Of a stretch of 64,000 bases of DNA, positions 10,994 to 20,738 are shown one piece after another; the first letter of the stretch is position 1, and the number at the start of each line of letters is the position of its first letter. The notes below the pieces were generated by a model that saw only the letters and a list, made by a program, of their open reading frames with translations, had not been told where the DNA came from and made no database searches. The stretch lies in assembly GCA_018701215.1 (NCBI GenBank), contig JABIWH010000044.1:4674-68673 (forward strand), given 5' to 3'. The position numbers and the translations under genes were made by a program. The DNA is from Rhodospirillaceae bacterium. Its GTDB lineage: Bacteria; Pseudomonadota; Alphaproteobacteria; GCA-2731375.

Positions 10994-11749
10994 ATGAATC
11001 TGACCCAGGTTTATGAAGAACCGGCGCGCCGTATAAGCTGCCGGCGGGGAAAATCCGCGTCGTCCGAGGGCTTTTGCCATGATTGCGCCGTACAATCGCG
11101 CGCCTTTTGCGCGGTGCTTAGTAACGAAGCCCTGACGAAGCTGGAAGGCTTGCATACCCTTTGCGATCTGGCGCCCGAGGAAAGCCTGTTCATGGAGGGA
11201 GACAGAGCGGCCTCGTTCTTCACGGTCTTGAACGGCTGTTTGCGCCTGTCGAAACTGTTGCCCGACGGTCGGCGGCAAATTACCGGTTTCGTTCTGCCCG
11301 GCGAATTTATCGGACTGTCCCCGGGAACAACCCACGCCTACAACGCCGAGGCCCTGGTCGAGGCCAACCTCTGCCGTTTCGCCCTTGGTGATCTGGAACG
11401 CATTAGCGATGAGAACCCCGCCATGAAGGGCCGGCTTCTCGACATGACCAACGCCAACCTTGCCCGGGCGCAAGAACATATGCTGTTGCTGGGGCGCATG
11501 ACGGCGCTGGAAAAAATTGCGTCATTCCTTTGTAATTTGATCGAACGGGCCTCCGCCGCCGATCTGTCCCATGACCCACTGATATTGCCCATGAGCCGGG
11601 CCGATATCGCCGATTACCTCGGTCTGACCATCGAAACCGTCAGCCGCACATTCACCAGACTGAAGACCGACAAATTAATTTCGCTGCCGGAACATAATCA
11701 GGTTGAGGTGAACGACATGCCAGAGTTGCGCCGGCTGGCCGAGGGCTAA
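10994..11749 (+). CDS. fnr: Crp/Fnr-family transcriptional regulator, FNR/FnrN-type with N-terminal Cys cluster
   Basis: N-terminal C-x2-C-x7-C (FCHDCAVQSRAFC) plus central Cys (EANLCRF). cNMP-binding fold. C-terminal HTH SRADIADYLGLTIETVSRTFTRL. Confidence 0.88.
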   Translation: MNLTQVYEEPARRISCRRGKSASSEGFCHDCAVQSRAFCAVLSNEALTKLEGLHTLCDLAPEESLFMEGDRAASFFTVLNGCLRLSKLLPDGRRQITGFVLPGEFIGLSPGTTHAYNAEALVEANLCRFALGDLERISDENPAMKGRLLDMTNANLARAQEHMLLLGRMTALEKIASFLCNLIERASAADLSHDPLILPMSRADIADYLGLTIETVSRTFTRLKTDKLISLPEHNQVEVNDMPELRRLAEG

Positions 11750-11845
11750 GTTCCCGCACCTTTCGATCAATATCTCGGAAACGCGCTATACAATGCATGA
11801 TACAATGCAATGCGCGCAGGACCGCGTGCGTGATATGCCGGGTGT

Positions 11846-12589
11846 GTGGTGCGACAGCGATTTCAGGATAGAGTTCTGCCCATCTGGGCCTGGTTATGGT
11901 TGCCCGTCGCCGCCATTGTGATCGAGCTTGGTTTCCGTATTGCCAACGAACCCCTGTACCGCGCCTTGTGGCAAAGCGAACTGGGGCCGGTGGAAACCGG
12001 CACCGTGGTGGTTCTGCTGCCGGGTCTGGCCGCCGGCCTGTTGGCCTTGCGCCACATCGCCCAGCTGCCAACCGCCCCACGGCCCACAGCCTTCCTGAGC
12101 GGCTGGCTGGTACTGATCATTCTGGGCAGCGTCTATTTTGGCGGCGAAGAAGCGTCATGGGGTCAGCATTGGCTGGGCTGGGACACACCCGAGGTGATCA
12201 GGCAATTGAATGACCAGGGTGAGACCAATCTGCACAATACATCGTCGTGGCTGGATCAAAAGCCGCGCTTGCTGTTGGAACTGGGGGTCCTGGTCGGTGG
12301 TCTGCTATATCCGTTGTGCCTCGTGCTGGGGCGGCGGAACCGTCCGTTCGACCCGGCTGATCTGCACTATTGGCTTTGGCCCAGCCGGCAACTGCTGCCG
12401 ACCGCGCTGCTGGCGGTTGCCATCGGGCTGCCGCAACGCCTGGAGAAATGGTTCGGCTGGCCCATCCCCTACCCCCTGGACATCCGCGCCAGCGAAACCC
12501 AGGAGTTCTACTTCGCGCTGTTCCTCTCACTCTACTTGATGTCCTACTATTTGCGCCTGGCAAGATTAGCTCATGCGAAACGAGGCTGA
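11846..12589 (+). CDS. Hypothetical integral membrane protein
   Basis: 247-aa ORF with GTG start and about 6 hydrophobic segments. No recognised family. Confidence 0.55.
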   Translation: MVRQRFQDRVLPIWAWLWLPVAAIVIELGFRIANEPLYRALWQSELGPVETGTVVVLLPGLAAGLLALRHIAQLPTAPRPTAFLSGWLVLIILGSVYFGGEEASWGQHWLGWDTPEVIRQLNDQGETNLHNTSSWLDQKPRLLLELGVLVGGLLYPLCLVLGRRNRPFDPADLHYWLWPSRQLLPTALLAVAIGLPQRLEKWFGWPIPYPLDIRASETQEFYFALFLSLYLMSYYLRLARLAHAKRG

Positions 12590-13127
12590 CGTGCTGGCGC
12601 TGATCGCCGCCGACCCCTGGATGATGGCGGTGCTGAAGGCGGCGGCTGGAATGGGGTTGCCCGATTGCTGGCTTGGCGCCGGCTTTGTCCGCGCCAAGGT
12701 ATGGGATCATCTGCACGGCTTTGATCAGGCCACGTCCCTGGACGATGTGGATTTGTTGTACTTCCAGCCCGGCAAAATCGGCCAAGCGGGCGAGCGCGCC
12801 ATCGAGGCGGCCTTGCATGATGCCATGCCGGATGTGCCCTGGTCGGCAAAGAATCAGGCCCGCATGCATTTACGTAACGGCGACCAACCCTATACCAACA
12901 CCGCCGATGCCATGCGCTATTGGCTGGAAACCCCGACCTGCGTCGCGGTCCGGCTGGTTGGGAAGGGTGAGTTGGCGCTGGCGGCCCCCTATGGCATCGA
13001 CGATTTATTGCATATGATCATACGGCCAACGCCGGCGGGCCGGCGCCGTGCGGCGGCCTACAGGGAACGCCTTGAAAGCAAGAACTGGCTGCAACAATGG
13101 CCCAGGACGCAAGCGATCTGGGCCTAG
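12573..13127 (+). CDS. Nucleotidyltransferase-family protein (NTP_transf_6-like)
   Basis: 184 aa. LPDCWLGAGFVRAKVWDHLHG...DDVDLLYF resembles the small proteobacterial nucleotidyltransferase family. Overlaps the upstream ORF by 17 nt. Confidence 0.65.
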   Translation: MRNEADVLALIAADPWMMAVLKAAAGMGLPDCWLGAGFVRAKVWDHLHGFDQATSLDDVDLLYFQPGKIGQAGERAIEAALHDAMPDVPWSAKNQARMHLRNGDQPYTNTADAMRYWLETPTCVAVRLVGKGELALAAPYGIDDLLHMIIRPTPAGRRRAAAYRERLESKNWLQQWPRTQAIWA

Positions 13128-13243
13128 AGCGCATTTCAAGAAAATGCGCTCAGACTCTTAAGACTCGAGCAATTGAACCAATTACTTATATCGCGCCAAA
13201 TAAGCTACGGTGGCGACGCCGATTAATTGAAAATTGCTCTAGC
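13123..13243 (+). repeat. ~119-bp dispersed repeat, copy 1
   Basis: About 92% identical (about 10 mismatches over 119 by hand alignment) to the reverse complement of 43799-43917. Contains hairpin GAGCGCATTT/AAATGCGCTC at 13127-13151. Confidence 0.85.
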
Positions 13244-13263
13244 TCGATGAGGTTTCACAAGAC

Positions 13264-14526
13264 ATGATGCACACGATTTCCGTCTATGATCCGGGCCATT
13301 TTCATGCCGCCCTGTTGCTAAACCAGAGCAACGCCAGAGTAAATCGAACCATCCATGTCTTTGCCCCGCCGGGGCGGGATGTGGAAAAATTCATCGCCCT
13401 GATCGAGAGCTTCAATAGCCGGGATGAAGATCCCACTGACTGGCATCTCGAACATCACATCGGACCCGATGCGCTGGAGGCCTTGGTTGCCGAACGCCCT
13501 GGCGGCATCGTCATATTGGCCGGTCGCAACGGGCCACGGCTTGCCTTGATGCATCGTCTACATGACGAAGGATTCCACGTCCTGGCCGACAAGCCATGGC
13601 TCACCGACAGCGCCAATCTGCCCCACCTAGAGGCGATCACCGCCAAGCTGCCCCTGGCCGTGGACAATATGGCCGGGCGCCACAGCGCTTTTGCCAAGCT
13701 GCGCAATGCCGTAATCAGTACGTCGGCGATCTTTGGTGAGCTGGATACCTCCGCCGAACAGCCGGCACTTGAATTCACCTCCCGCCATCATCTGATGAAG
13801 CTGGTCGGCGGCCAGCCCCTGCAACGGCCGGCCTGGTTTTACGACAGCCGCATACAGGGTGACGGCCTGGTCGATATCCAGTCCCACTATGTGGATCACG
13901 CGCAATGGATTGTTGGCGAGGGGCATCGCTTTGACATCGACAGCGACGTCGAGATCATGGCCGCCGAGCGCTGGACGACGCCGGTACCGCTGGATTTGTT
14001 TCGTGAAAGCACCGGCGAAAGCGCCTTCCCCGATTACCTGAGCCATGCCGTTGAAGACGATGTCCTGCACCTGCCCTGCAACGGCCGGATCGATTATCGC
14101 ATGCGCGGCGTCCGGGTCCGCCAATATTGCGACTGGGGGCCGCGCGAAGCGGAGGGCGGCGGCGATCTGCAAAGCTTTACCGCGCGGGGCACCAAGGCCG
14201 AGCTGACGGTGGAAAGCGGACCGGAAACCGGCTTTCAGCCGGAGATGTGCCTTCACCCGGATGAAGCTCTGGATCTCAGTGCCGCGGCGGCGCAATGGCG
14301 CGCGGCATTTCCAAGCCTGGAGATCACGGCGACCGAAGACGGCGGCCATATTCTGCGCCTGCCGACCAAGGACCAGGTCGGACATGACGCACAATTCCCC
14401 TTGATGCTGGATCAGTTTCTCGACCTGGTAGAGGCGGACACTTGGCCCGCCGATCTGATGGCCCGCATTCGCACCCGCTATACTTTGCTGGCACGTGCCC
14501 TGGACCACTGCTCGGCTGTTAAATAA
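13264..14526 (+). CDS. Putative oxidoreductase (Gfo/Idh/MocA-related, atypical N-terminus)
   Basis: 420-aa ORF with coding-like composition. The N-terminus ISVYDPGHFHAALLL and the overall length resemble proteins annotated 'putative oxidoreductase C-terminal domain'. Weak call. Confidence 0.55.
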   Translation: MMHTISVYDPGHFHAALLLNQSNARVNRTIHVFAPPGRDVEKFIALIESFNSRDEDPTDWHLEHHIGPDALEALVAERPGGIVILAGRNGPRLALMHRLHDEGFHVLADKPWLTDSANLPHLEAITAKLPLAVDNMAGRHSAFAKLRNAVISTSAIFGELDTSAEQPALEFTSRHHLMKLVGGQPLQRPAWFYDSRIQGDGLVDIQSHYVDHAQWIVGEGHRFDIDSDVEIMAAERWTTPVPLDLFRESTGESAFPDYLSHAVEDDVLHLPCNGRIDYRMRGVRVRQYCDWGPREAEGGGDLQSFTARGTKAELTVESGPETGFQPEMCLHPDEALDLSAAAAQWRAAFPSLEITATEDGGHILRLPTKDQVGHDAQFPLMLDQFLDLVEADTWPADLMARIRTRYTLLARALDHCSAVK

Positions 14527-14636
14527 GAATTATTCGCAAAATCGTTTTTCGGCCAAAACGCACCAAAACGGCCCTAAAATCACCTTAACGAACCCTTAAC
14601 TCCTGCTTTATATGGTTAACCCAGCTGACGTGCCAC

Positions 14637-14665
14637 TTGACGTGAACCGATACGAAAGATAGTTT
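14637..14665 (+). promoter_or_regulatory. Candidate sigma70 promoter upstream of leuA
   Basis: TTGACG-N17-TAGTTT. This would give a leader of about 270 nt. Confidence 0.3.
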
Positions 14666-14940
14666 CGCTGACCATGACGCGGATGTATCACATAGCGGGC
14701 CTTGCCCTGCGACTTAGCGACCCGGGCCTTGAGGGGCACCGGGATGCCGCACTTTTTGCGCGCACGCTAAGGGACCACGCGTCAAATGTTCTATTGCACG
14801 ACTGAAATCACAGACTCCAGATTTTATCATCTAGCCGCCCGCTGGCCCGTGCCGCGGCGCCGTTTCATAACGTATCGAAATGCGCGCGCGATGGGGTCTC
14901 ACGGCCTGTTCGGCGGCCCACACGCTGAGGAGCGAACATC

Positions 14941-16620
14941 ATGAATACCATGGCCATCCATAAATACCGCGCCTTCCCGCCCATTGATCTGCCGAACCGG
15001 CAATGGCCCGGTAAAATCATCGACAAGGCACCGATCTGGTGCTCGGTTGATTTGCGGGACGGCAATCAGGCCCTGATCGACCCCATGGGCCGGCAGAAAA
15101 AGCTGCATTTCTTCAATCATCTGCTGAAGTTGGGCTTCAAGGAGATCGAAGTTGGTTTCCCGGCGGCCTCGGATACGGATTTTGATTTCGCCCGCCATAT
15201 CATCGAAAACGACCTGATCCCCGATGACGTATCCATTCAGGTGCTGACCCAGTCCCGGCCGGAGCTGATCGAACGCACCTTCGAGGCGCTGGAGGGCAGC
15301 AAGAACGCCATCATCCATCTGTATAATTCGACCTCTGAATTGCAGCGCCGGGTGGTTTTCGCCCAGGACCGGGACGGCGTAAAGAAAATCGCCACGGACG
15401 GTGCCGCCTGGATCAAGGAGAAAATCCCGGCTCTGCAAGCCAGCGGCACCAATGTGCGTCTGGAATATTCCCCGGAAAGCTTTACCGGCACCGAGTTGGA
15501 TTACGCTTTGGATGTCTGCCATTCGGTGATGGACATCTGGCAGCCGACAGCGGAAAACCCGGTGATTTTCAATCTGCCGGCAACGGTCGAAATGGCCTCG
15601 CCCAACTATTGCGCCGATCAGATCGAATGGATGCACCGTAATTTCAAGGAGCGCGAAAAAGTCATCCTGTCCCTGCACCCCCATAACGACCGGGGCACTG
15701 CCGTGGCCGCCACGGAACTGGGCCTGATGGCCGGTGCCGACCGCGTCGAAGGCACCTTGTTTGGCAATGGCGAGCGCACCGGCAACGTGGATGTCATTAC
15801 CCTGGCCCTGAATATCTTCAGCCAGGGCGTGGACCCGAAACTGGATTTCACCAATATTCAGGAATCCATCGAGGTTTCGGAATATTGCACCCAGTTGGAC
15901 GTGCCCGAACGCCATCCGTACGCGGGCGAACTGGTCTACACGGCTTTTTCGGGCTCGCACCAGGACGCCATCAAAAAGGGTATGACGGCCAACAAATCAT
16001 CCAACGACCCGGTCTGGGAAGTGCCCTATCTGCCCATCGATCCCATGGACGTGGGCCGTTCGTACGAGGCGATCATCCGGGTCAACAGCCAGTCCGGCAA
16101 GGGCGGCGTGGCTTATATCATGGATACGGAATACGGTATCGACATGCCGCGCGACATGCAGGTCGAATTCTCCAAAGTGATCCAGAATATCGGCGACAAG
16201 ACAGGCAAGGAGATTACCGCCTCCGAGATCTGGCTGGCCTTCAAGGAAACCTATCTGGACGCCGACGAGCCGTTCGAGCTGATCGATTATCGGATGAATT
16301 CCACCGCCGAATCCGCCGAGGTGATCATGTGCACCGCGACGATCCGGGCCTATGGCGAGGTGCGGGACATCGTCGGCCGGGGTGACGGCCCCATCGATGC
16401 CTTCTTTGGCGCCCTGAAAGAGGCCTGCGGTGTCCAGGCCACGTTCGAGGACTATGTACAAAAAGCCATGGGCGCCGGATCGGACGTGGAAGCGGTCTGC
16501 TTCATCAAACTACAGGGCGAAGACGGCCAGTCGGCCCATGGTGTCGGCGTGCACCCCAATACCAACAGCGCTTCGTTGAAGGCCATAATCTCCGCCGTCA
16601 ACCGCCTGCTGACCCAGTAA
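14941..16620 (+). CDS. leuA: 2-isopropylmalate synthase (long LeuA type)
   Basis: 559 aa. PIWCSVDLRDGNQ and LSLHPHNDRGTAVA, plus a C-terminal LeuA allosteric domain. Confidence 0.95.
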   Translation: MNTMAIHKYRAFPPIDLPNRQWPGKIIDKAPIWCSVDLRDGNQALIDPMGRQKKLHFFNHLLKLGFKEIEVGFPAASDTDFDFARHIIENDLIPDDVSIQVLTQSRPELIERTFEALEGSKNAIIHLYNSTSELQRRVVFAQDRDGVKKIATDGAAWIKEKIPALQASGTNVRLEYSPESFTGTELDYALDVCHSVMDIWQPTAENPVIFNLPATVEMASPNYCADQIEWMHRNFKEREKVILSLHPHNDRGTAVAATELGLMAGADRVEGTLFGNGERTGNVDVITLALNIFSQGVDPKLDFTNIQESIEVSEYCTQLDVPERHPYAGELVYTAFSGSHQDAIKKGMTANKSSNDPVWEVPYLPIDPMDVGRSYEAIIRVNSQSGKGGVAYIMDTEYGIDMPRDMQVEFSKVIQNIGDKTGKEITASEIWLAFKETYLDADEPFELIDYRMNSTAESAEVIMCTATIRAYGEVRDIVGRGDGPIDAFFGALKEACGVQATFEDYVQKAMGAGSDVEAVCFIKLQGEDGQSAHGVGVHPNTNSASLKAIISAVNRLLTQ

Positions 16621-16644
16621 TAAGGCGAGGCTGGCGACATCAAT

Positions 16645-18354
16645 TCAGCCGCGCTGTTTGGCTGTCGCCGCCTCGTCGATCTGTCCATCTTCGCTAACCA
16701 CGACGCCGTAGTCCCGCGCTGCCGCTTCGACGCTGACCAGGCCAAGGCGCACATCCATGGCAACGGCCTCGGCGTCGCGCGCCTTTGGCTCGCCATAGCC
16801 GCCGCCGCCGGGCATTTCGATAATCAACCTCTCCCGCGCCGGGATGGTTTGGAAGCCCTTGTTGCGCAGTTCCTGGCCGGAGCCAAGGCGCAGCTCTCCC
16901 GTCGCGCCGGAACCACCGCCGTCACGGCCACGCGGCGGGAACAGCACACGCTCGAAACTGGCGAAAATGCCAAACGGGGCATCCTCGCGGCTGGTGATCT
17001 CCATGCTCTGGCCCAAACCGCCCCGCTGTGCGCCGCTGCCGCCAGAATCCTTGCGCAATTCCTTGCGCCAGACCACGATCGGCGTGATCGCCTCGGAGAT
17101 TTCCACCGGCACGTTGCGCACGCCGCTGGGATAGGGCGTCGCGGATAGGCCATCCAGCTTTGGCCGCGCACCCGCGCCGCCGCTATGGAAGGCCATCAAC
17201 ATAAATGATGTCGTCTCCTGCTCGGTCCGTTCGGTGATGCCATGTCCCGCGCCCAGCTTGATATTCCACAGGTTCGAGGTGCCTTCCGCCGGAACCCGGT
17301 CGGGCAACGCCTGATGCAGACAGCCGAAGATAACATCAGGCAGCATATGGCCGATTGTCGAACGTGCTACGACGGCACAGGGATGGGGTGCGTTGACAAT
17401 TGTATTGTCCGGCGCCGAAACAGTGATCGCATCCAGGGTGCCCGCATTGTTGGGAATATCAGGCGCCACGAGGCATTTCACACCAAAGGCGGTATAGGCC
17501 TCGGTGTAGCACATGGGGCAATTGATGCCGAAATCCGAAGTCCCGGACGAGCCTGTATAATCCACGTGAATGATGCCGTTCGATATGGTCAGTCTGGCGA
17601 CAAGGTCGATCGGTTCCTCGAAGCCATCAATGCGCATGGCATGGTCCCAACTGCCCTGGGGCAGTTCGTTGATGGCGGCGGTAATCGCGGTCTGGCTTTG
17701 CTCGATGATGTGGTCACCCAGGGCATCGAGATTATCGAGGTCGTATTCCTCCATCATCGCGAACAACCGCCGCGCGCCGGTTTCATTGCAAGCGGCAAGG
17801 GCGTAGATATCGCCCTCCACCTGAACCGGCTCGCGCACATTGGCGCGAACCAGGTTCAACAGCCACTGGTTCATCTCACCCGCCGTGGCCAGCGGCATGA
17901 TCGGCACGAAGAGGCCTTCATGATAAATCTGACGGCCATCCGGCGACATGCCGACACCGCCGATATCGACCACATGCGAAGTACAGGCGAACAGCGCGAC
18001 CATTTTGCCTTTGTGAAAGGTTGGCGTGACAACCGTGAAATCATGCAGATGACCGGTGCCCTTCCAAGGATCGTTGGTGATGTAGACATCACCGTCCCGC
18101 ATGCCGTCCGCCGGGAATACATCGAGGAAATGCACCACCGCCCGGGCCATGGAATTGATGTGCCCCGGCGTGCCGGTGACCGCTTGGGCCAGCATCTGGC
18201 CTTTCAGGTCAAAAACCCCGGCGGAGATATCGCCGGCTTCGCGGCTGGAGGTACTAAACGCCGTGCGCACCAACGCCTGGGCCTGTTCCTCGACCACGGC
18301 GAGCAACCTTTCCCACATCACCTGATAGCGGATTTGATCCATGTTCGTGCTCAT
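16645..18354 (-). CDS. Hydantoinase B / oxoprolinase-family protein
   Basis: 569 aa. Typical HyuB N-terminus (DQIRYQVMWERLLAVVEEQA) and GGGGYGEP near the C-terminus. Confidence 0.88.
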   Translation of the reverse strand: MSTNMDQIRYQVMWERLLAVVEEQAQALVRTAFSTSSREAGDISAGVFDLKGQMLAQAVTGTPGHINSMARAVVHFLDVFPADGMRDGDVYITNDPWKGTGHLHDFTVVTPTFHKGKMVALFACTSHVVDIGGVGMSPDGRQIYHEGLFVPIMPLATAGEMNQWLLNLVRANVREPVQVEGDIYALAACNETGARRLFAMMEEYDLDNLDALGDHIIEQSQTAITAAINELPQGSWDHAMRIDGFEEPIDLVARLTISNGIIHVDYTGSSGTSDFGINCPMCYTEAYTAFGVKCLVAPDIPNNAGTLDAITVSAPDNTIVNAPHPCAVVARSTIGHMLPDVIFGCLHQALPDRVPAEGTSNLWNIKLGAGHGITERTEQETTSFMLMAFHSGGAGARPKLDGLSATPYPSGVRNVPVEISEAITPIVVWRKELRKDSGGSGAQRGGLGQSMEITSREDAPFGIFASFERVLFPPRGRDGGGSGATGELRLGSGQELRNKGFQTIPARERLIIEMPGGGGYGEPKARDAEAVAMDVRLGLVSVEAAARDYGVVVSEDGQIDEAATAKQRG

Positions 18355-18359
18355 GCCGC

Positions 18360-20453
18360 TTATCCCTCACCGGTTGATGTGCTGGCTCTGGTCATGACAA
18401 TCTGACCCAGAGCGTTGATTGTTGCGCCAAAGCCGTTGGTCACCAGCGTTGTCGTTCCATCCTCGACGATCATCGCCGGGCCGGGGACCGTCGCGCCGGC
18501 CCCCATGTCCTCCCGCGCATAGACCTCCGCCTCGACCCAGGCGCCGCTGGCCGGATCAAACAATTCCCGTTGCGCCACCGATTTGAGGCTGCCGTCGGCA
18601 GCTTGCTGTGGCGCCGCTTCCACGCTGGGCCGCCCGGTCGCCAGGGACAGGGTCCAGGTCAGCACCTCGACGCCAAGATTGGGAATGGTCCGCATGAACA
18701 GCGCCTCATAAGCCTCGGCGAACCAGTCGGCCAAGGCCTCGCCATCGCCCGCGCCAAGGTCCCTGACCGGGAGCGGAACCATGATCTCGTGGCCTTGTCC
18801 GCGGTAACGCATGAACGCACCCCTGGTCTCGACCAATGCTTCATCCGGCGCCCCAAGGCGGACAACCGCCTCGGCCTCGGCCCGCATGGAGCCAAAGATG
18901 TCATTGACCGTATCAGCATCGAATTCGCGCAGATCCGTATAGCGTGTCCGCACCACTTCATAGGAAATCTGTGCCCGCAAAAAGCCGATGGCGGAACCGA
19001 CGCCGGCGCCCTGAGGTACGATCACCGTGTTGATGCCCAGCTTGTCCGCCAGCCGCGCCGCGTGCAACGGTGCCGCACCGCCGAAGGCAACCAACGAGCG
19101 GTCGATCATGTTCTTGCCGTTCTCGACGGCATGAACCCGGGCCGCGTTGGCCATATGCTCGTCGACAATCTCGGAAACCCCGGCGGCGGCAACGTTCGTT
19201 TCCACTTCCAAGGCATCGCCAATGTCTTTGCTAACCGCCGCCGCCGCACGGTCCGGTTCCAGGGTCACCTGACCACCGGCGAAACGCGAAGGATCGATCC
19301 GCCCCAGCACCGTGTCGGCATCCGTCACCGTGGCCGCCGTGCCGCCGTTGCCGTAACAGGCGGGGCCGGGTACGGAGCCGGCGCTTTCCGGCCCGACGTG
19401 AATGCGCCGCATCGCATCCACCTCGGCGATGGAACCGCCACCGGCACCGATTTCCACCATCTCGATCGCCGGGATGCGCAATGGCAGGCCGCTGCCTTTC
19501 AAAAAGCGGGACATCCGCGCCACCTCGAACGAACGCCCGATTTGCGGCTGGAAATCGTCGATCAGGGTGATTTTCGCGGTGGTGCCGCCCATATCAAACG
19601 ACAGCGCCTTGCGCAGGTCATTCTCCTTGGCGATTTCACGCGCCAGGATGGCGCCGCCCGCAGGGCCGGATTCGACAAGACGGATCGGCAAGCGAACAGC
19701 CGTCTCCACCGTGGTCACACCGCCGCTGGACATCATCAACAGCAACGGACAGGTGATGCCGCCGGACTGCAAACCACCCTGCAGCCGGTTCAGATATCCC
19801 GCCATCATGGGCTGCACATAAGCATTGGCGCAGGCCGTCGACATACGGTCGTATTCGCGGATCTCCGGGCAGACCTCGGCCGAAAGAGTGATCGAAACAT
19901 TTGGCAGCAGCTCGGCCAGAATCTCGCCCGCGCGCAGTTCATGGTCCGGATTGACATAGCTGTGCAGGAAGCAGACGGCGACCGCCTCGATATCGGTCTT
20001 AGCCAATTTATCGGCCAGGTCACGCAGTGCGGCTTCGTCAAGCTCCAACAGCACGGAACCATCCGCCGCGATCCGCTCGGGTACTGAAAAGCGCCAATCC
20101 CGCGCGATCAGCGGCTGTGGCCGCTCCATATACAGATCGTACTGTTCGAAGCGGTGTTCGTAGGCGATTTCAATGGAGTCGCGGAAACCGTCCGTGGTTA
20201 TCAGCGCGGTGTGCGCACCCTTACGTTCGATCAGGGCATTGGTCGCCAGGGTGGTGCCGTGGATGACCAAGGTGACATCCGATGCCTTCACGCCGGAGCG
20301 CTGCAAGATCGTGTCTATGCCTTCGAGAACCGCACTTTCCGGCGCCGCCGGCGTCGTCAACAGCTTCAGACGCTCCTGACCGCCGTCATGTTCCAAAACC
20401 ACATCGGTGAATGTGCCGCCGATATCAACGGCCAGCCTCGCCCCGGCATTCAT
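18360..20453 (-). CDS. Hydantoinase A / oxoprolinase-family protein
   Basis: 697 aa. LAVDIGGTFTDVV and FDMGGTTAKI ASKHA motifs. Its stop lies 5 nt upstream of the HyuB-like start. Confidence 0.88.
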   Translation of the reverse strand: MNAGARLAVDIGGTFTDVVLEHDGGQERLKLLTTPAAPESAVLEGIDTILQRSGVKASDVTLVIHGTTLATNALIERKGAHTALITTDGFRDSIEIAYEHRFEQYDLYMERPQPLIARDWRFSVPERIAADGSVLLELDEAALRDLADKLAKTDIEAVAVCFLHSYVNPDHELRAGEILAELLPNVSITLSAEVCPEIREYDRMSTACANAYVQPMMAGYLNRLQGGLQSGGITCPLLLMMSSGGVTTVETAVRLPIRLVESGPAGGAILAREIAKENDLRKALSFDMGGTTAKITLIDDFQPQIGRSFEVARMSRFLKGSGLPLRIPAIEMVEIGAGGGSIAEVDAMRRIHVGPESAGSVPGPACYGNGGTAATVTDADTVLGRIDPSRFAGGQVTLEPDRAAAAVSKDIGDALEVETNVAAAGVSEIVDEHMANAARVHAVENGKNMIDRSLVAFGGAAPLHAARLADKLGINTVIVPQGAGVGSAIGFLRAQISYEVVRTRYTDLREFDADTVNDIFGSMRAEAEAVVRLGAPDEALVETRGAFMRYRGQGHEIMVPLPVRDLGAGDGEALADWFAEAYEALFMRTIPNLGVEVLTWTLSLATGRPSVEAAPQQAADGSLKSVAQRELFDPASGAWVEAEVYAREDMGAGATVPGPAMIVEDGTTTLVTNGFGATINALGQIVMTRASTSTGEG

Positions 20454-20472
20454 ATAAACGCTCCTAATCTAC

Positions 20473-20738
20473 TCATACCAACGTTCGGTGATAAAGATCC
20501 ATATAGATCATTTCAGGGCCCCATCGGGTAGGAGTGGAAGCGCCGGCGGTACTGGTGCCTTCAAGCTTTCACGACGCCGTCGATGAGGCCCTGAAACGAC
20601 CGAATTCGGCGCTTCACGAAGGCTTTCGGCGGTGTCGCGCGCTGCTTGTGGTACCGGGGCACCACGGCGCAACACGCTCCTACCCGAAAGCCTTCGTGAA
20701 GCGTCTATATGGGTCTTTATCACCGAACGTTGGTATGA
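20473..20738. repeat. 266-bp MITE-like palindromic element with 34-bp terminal inverted repeats
   Basis: 20473-20506 pairs with 20705-20738 (1 mismatch). Further perfect internal inverted repeats: 20610-20629/20684-20703 (20 bp), 20524-20534/20677-20687 (11 bp), 20511-20520/20587-20596 (10 bp). Confidence 0.6.

Noticed and set aside
10940-11479. 179-aa minus-strand ORF overlapping fnr
   Set aside because: It is antisense to an ORF with a complete FNR Cys motif, cNMP-binding fold and HTH. It has no family signature of its own.
14674-14805. 43-aa upstream ORF in the leuA leader as a possible leucine attenuation leader peptide
   Set aside because: It has 8 scattered Leu but no consecutive Leu-codon run apart from one LL. 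I could not find a convincing terminator/antiterminator pair downstream.
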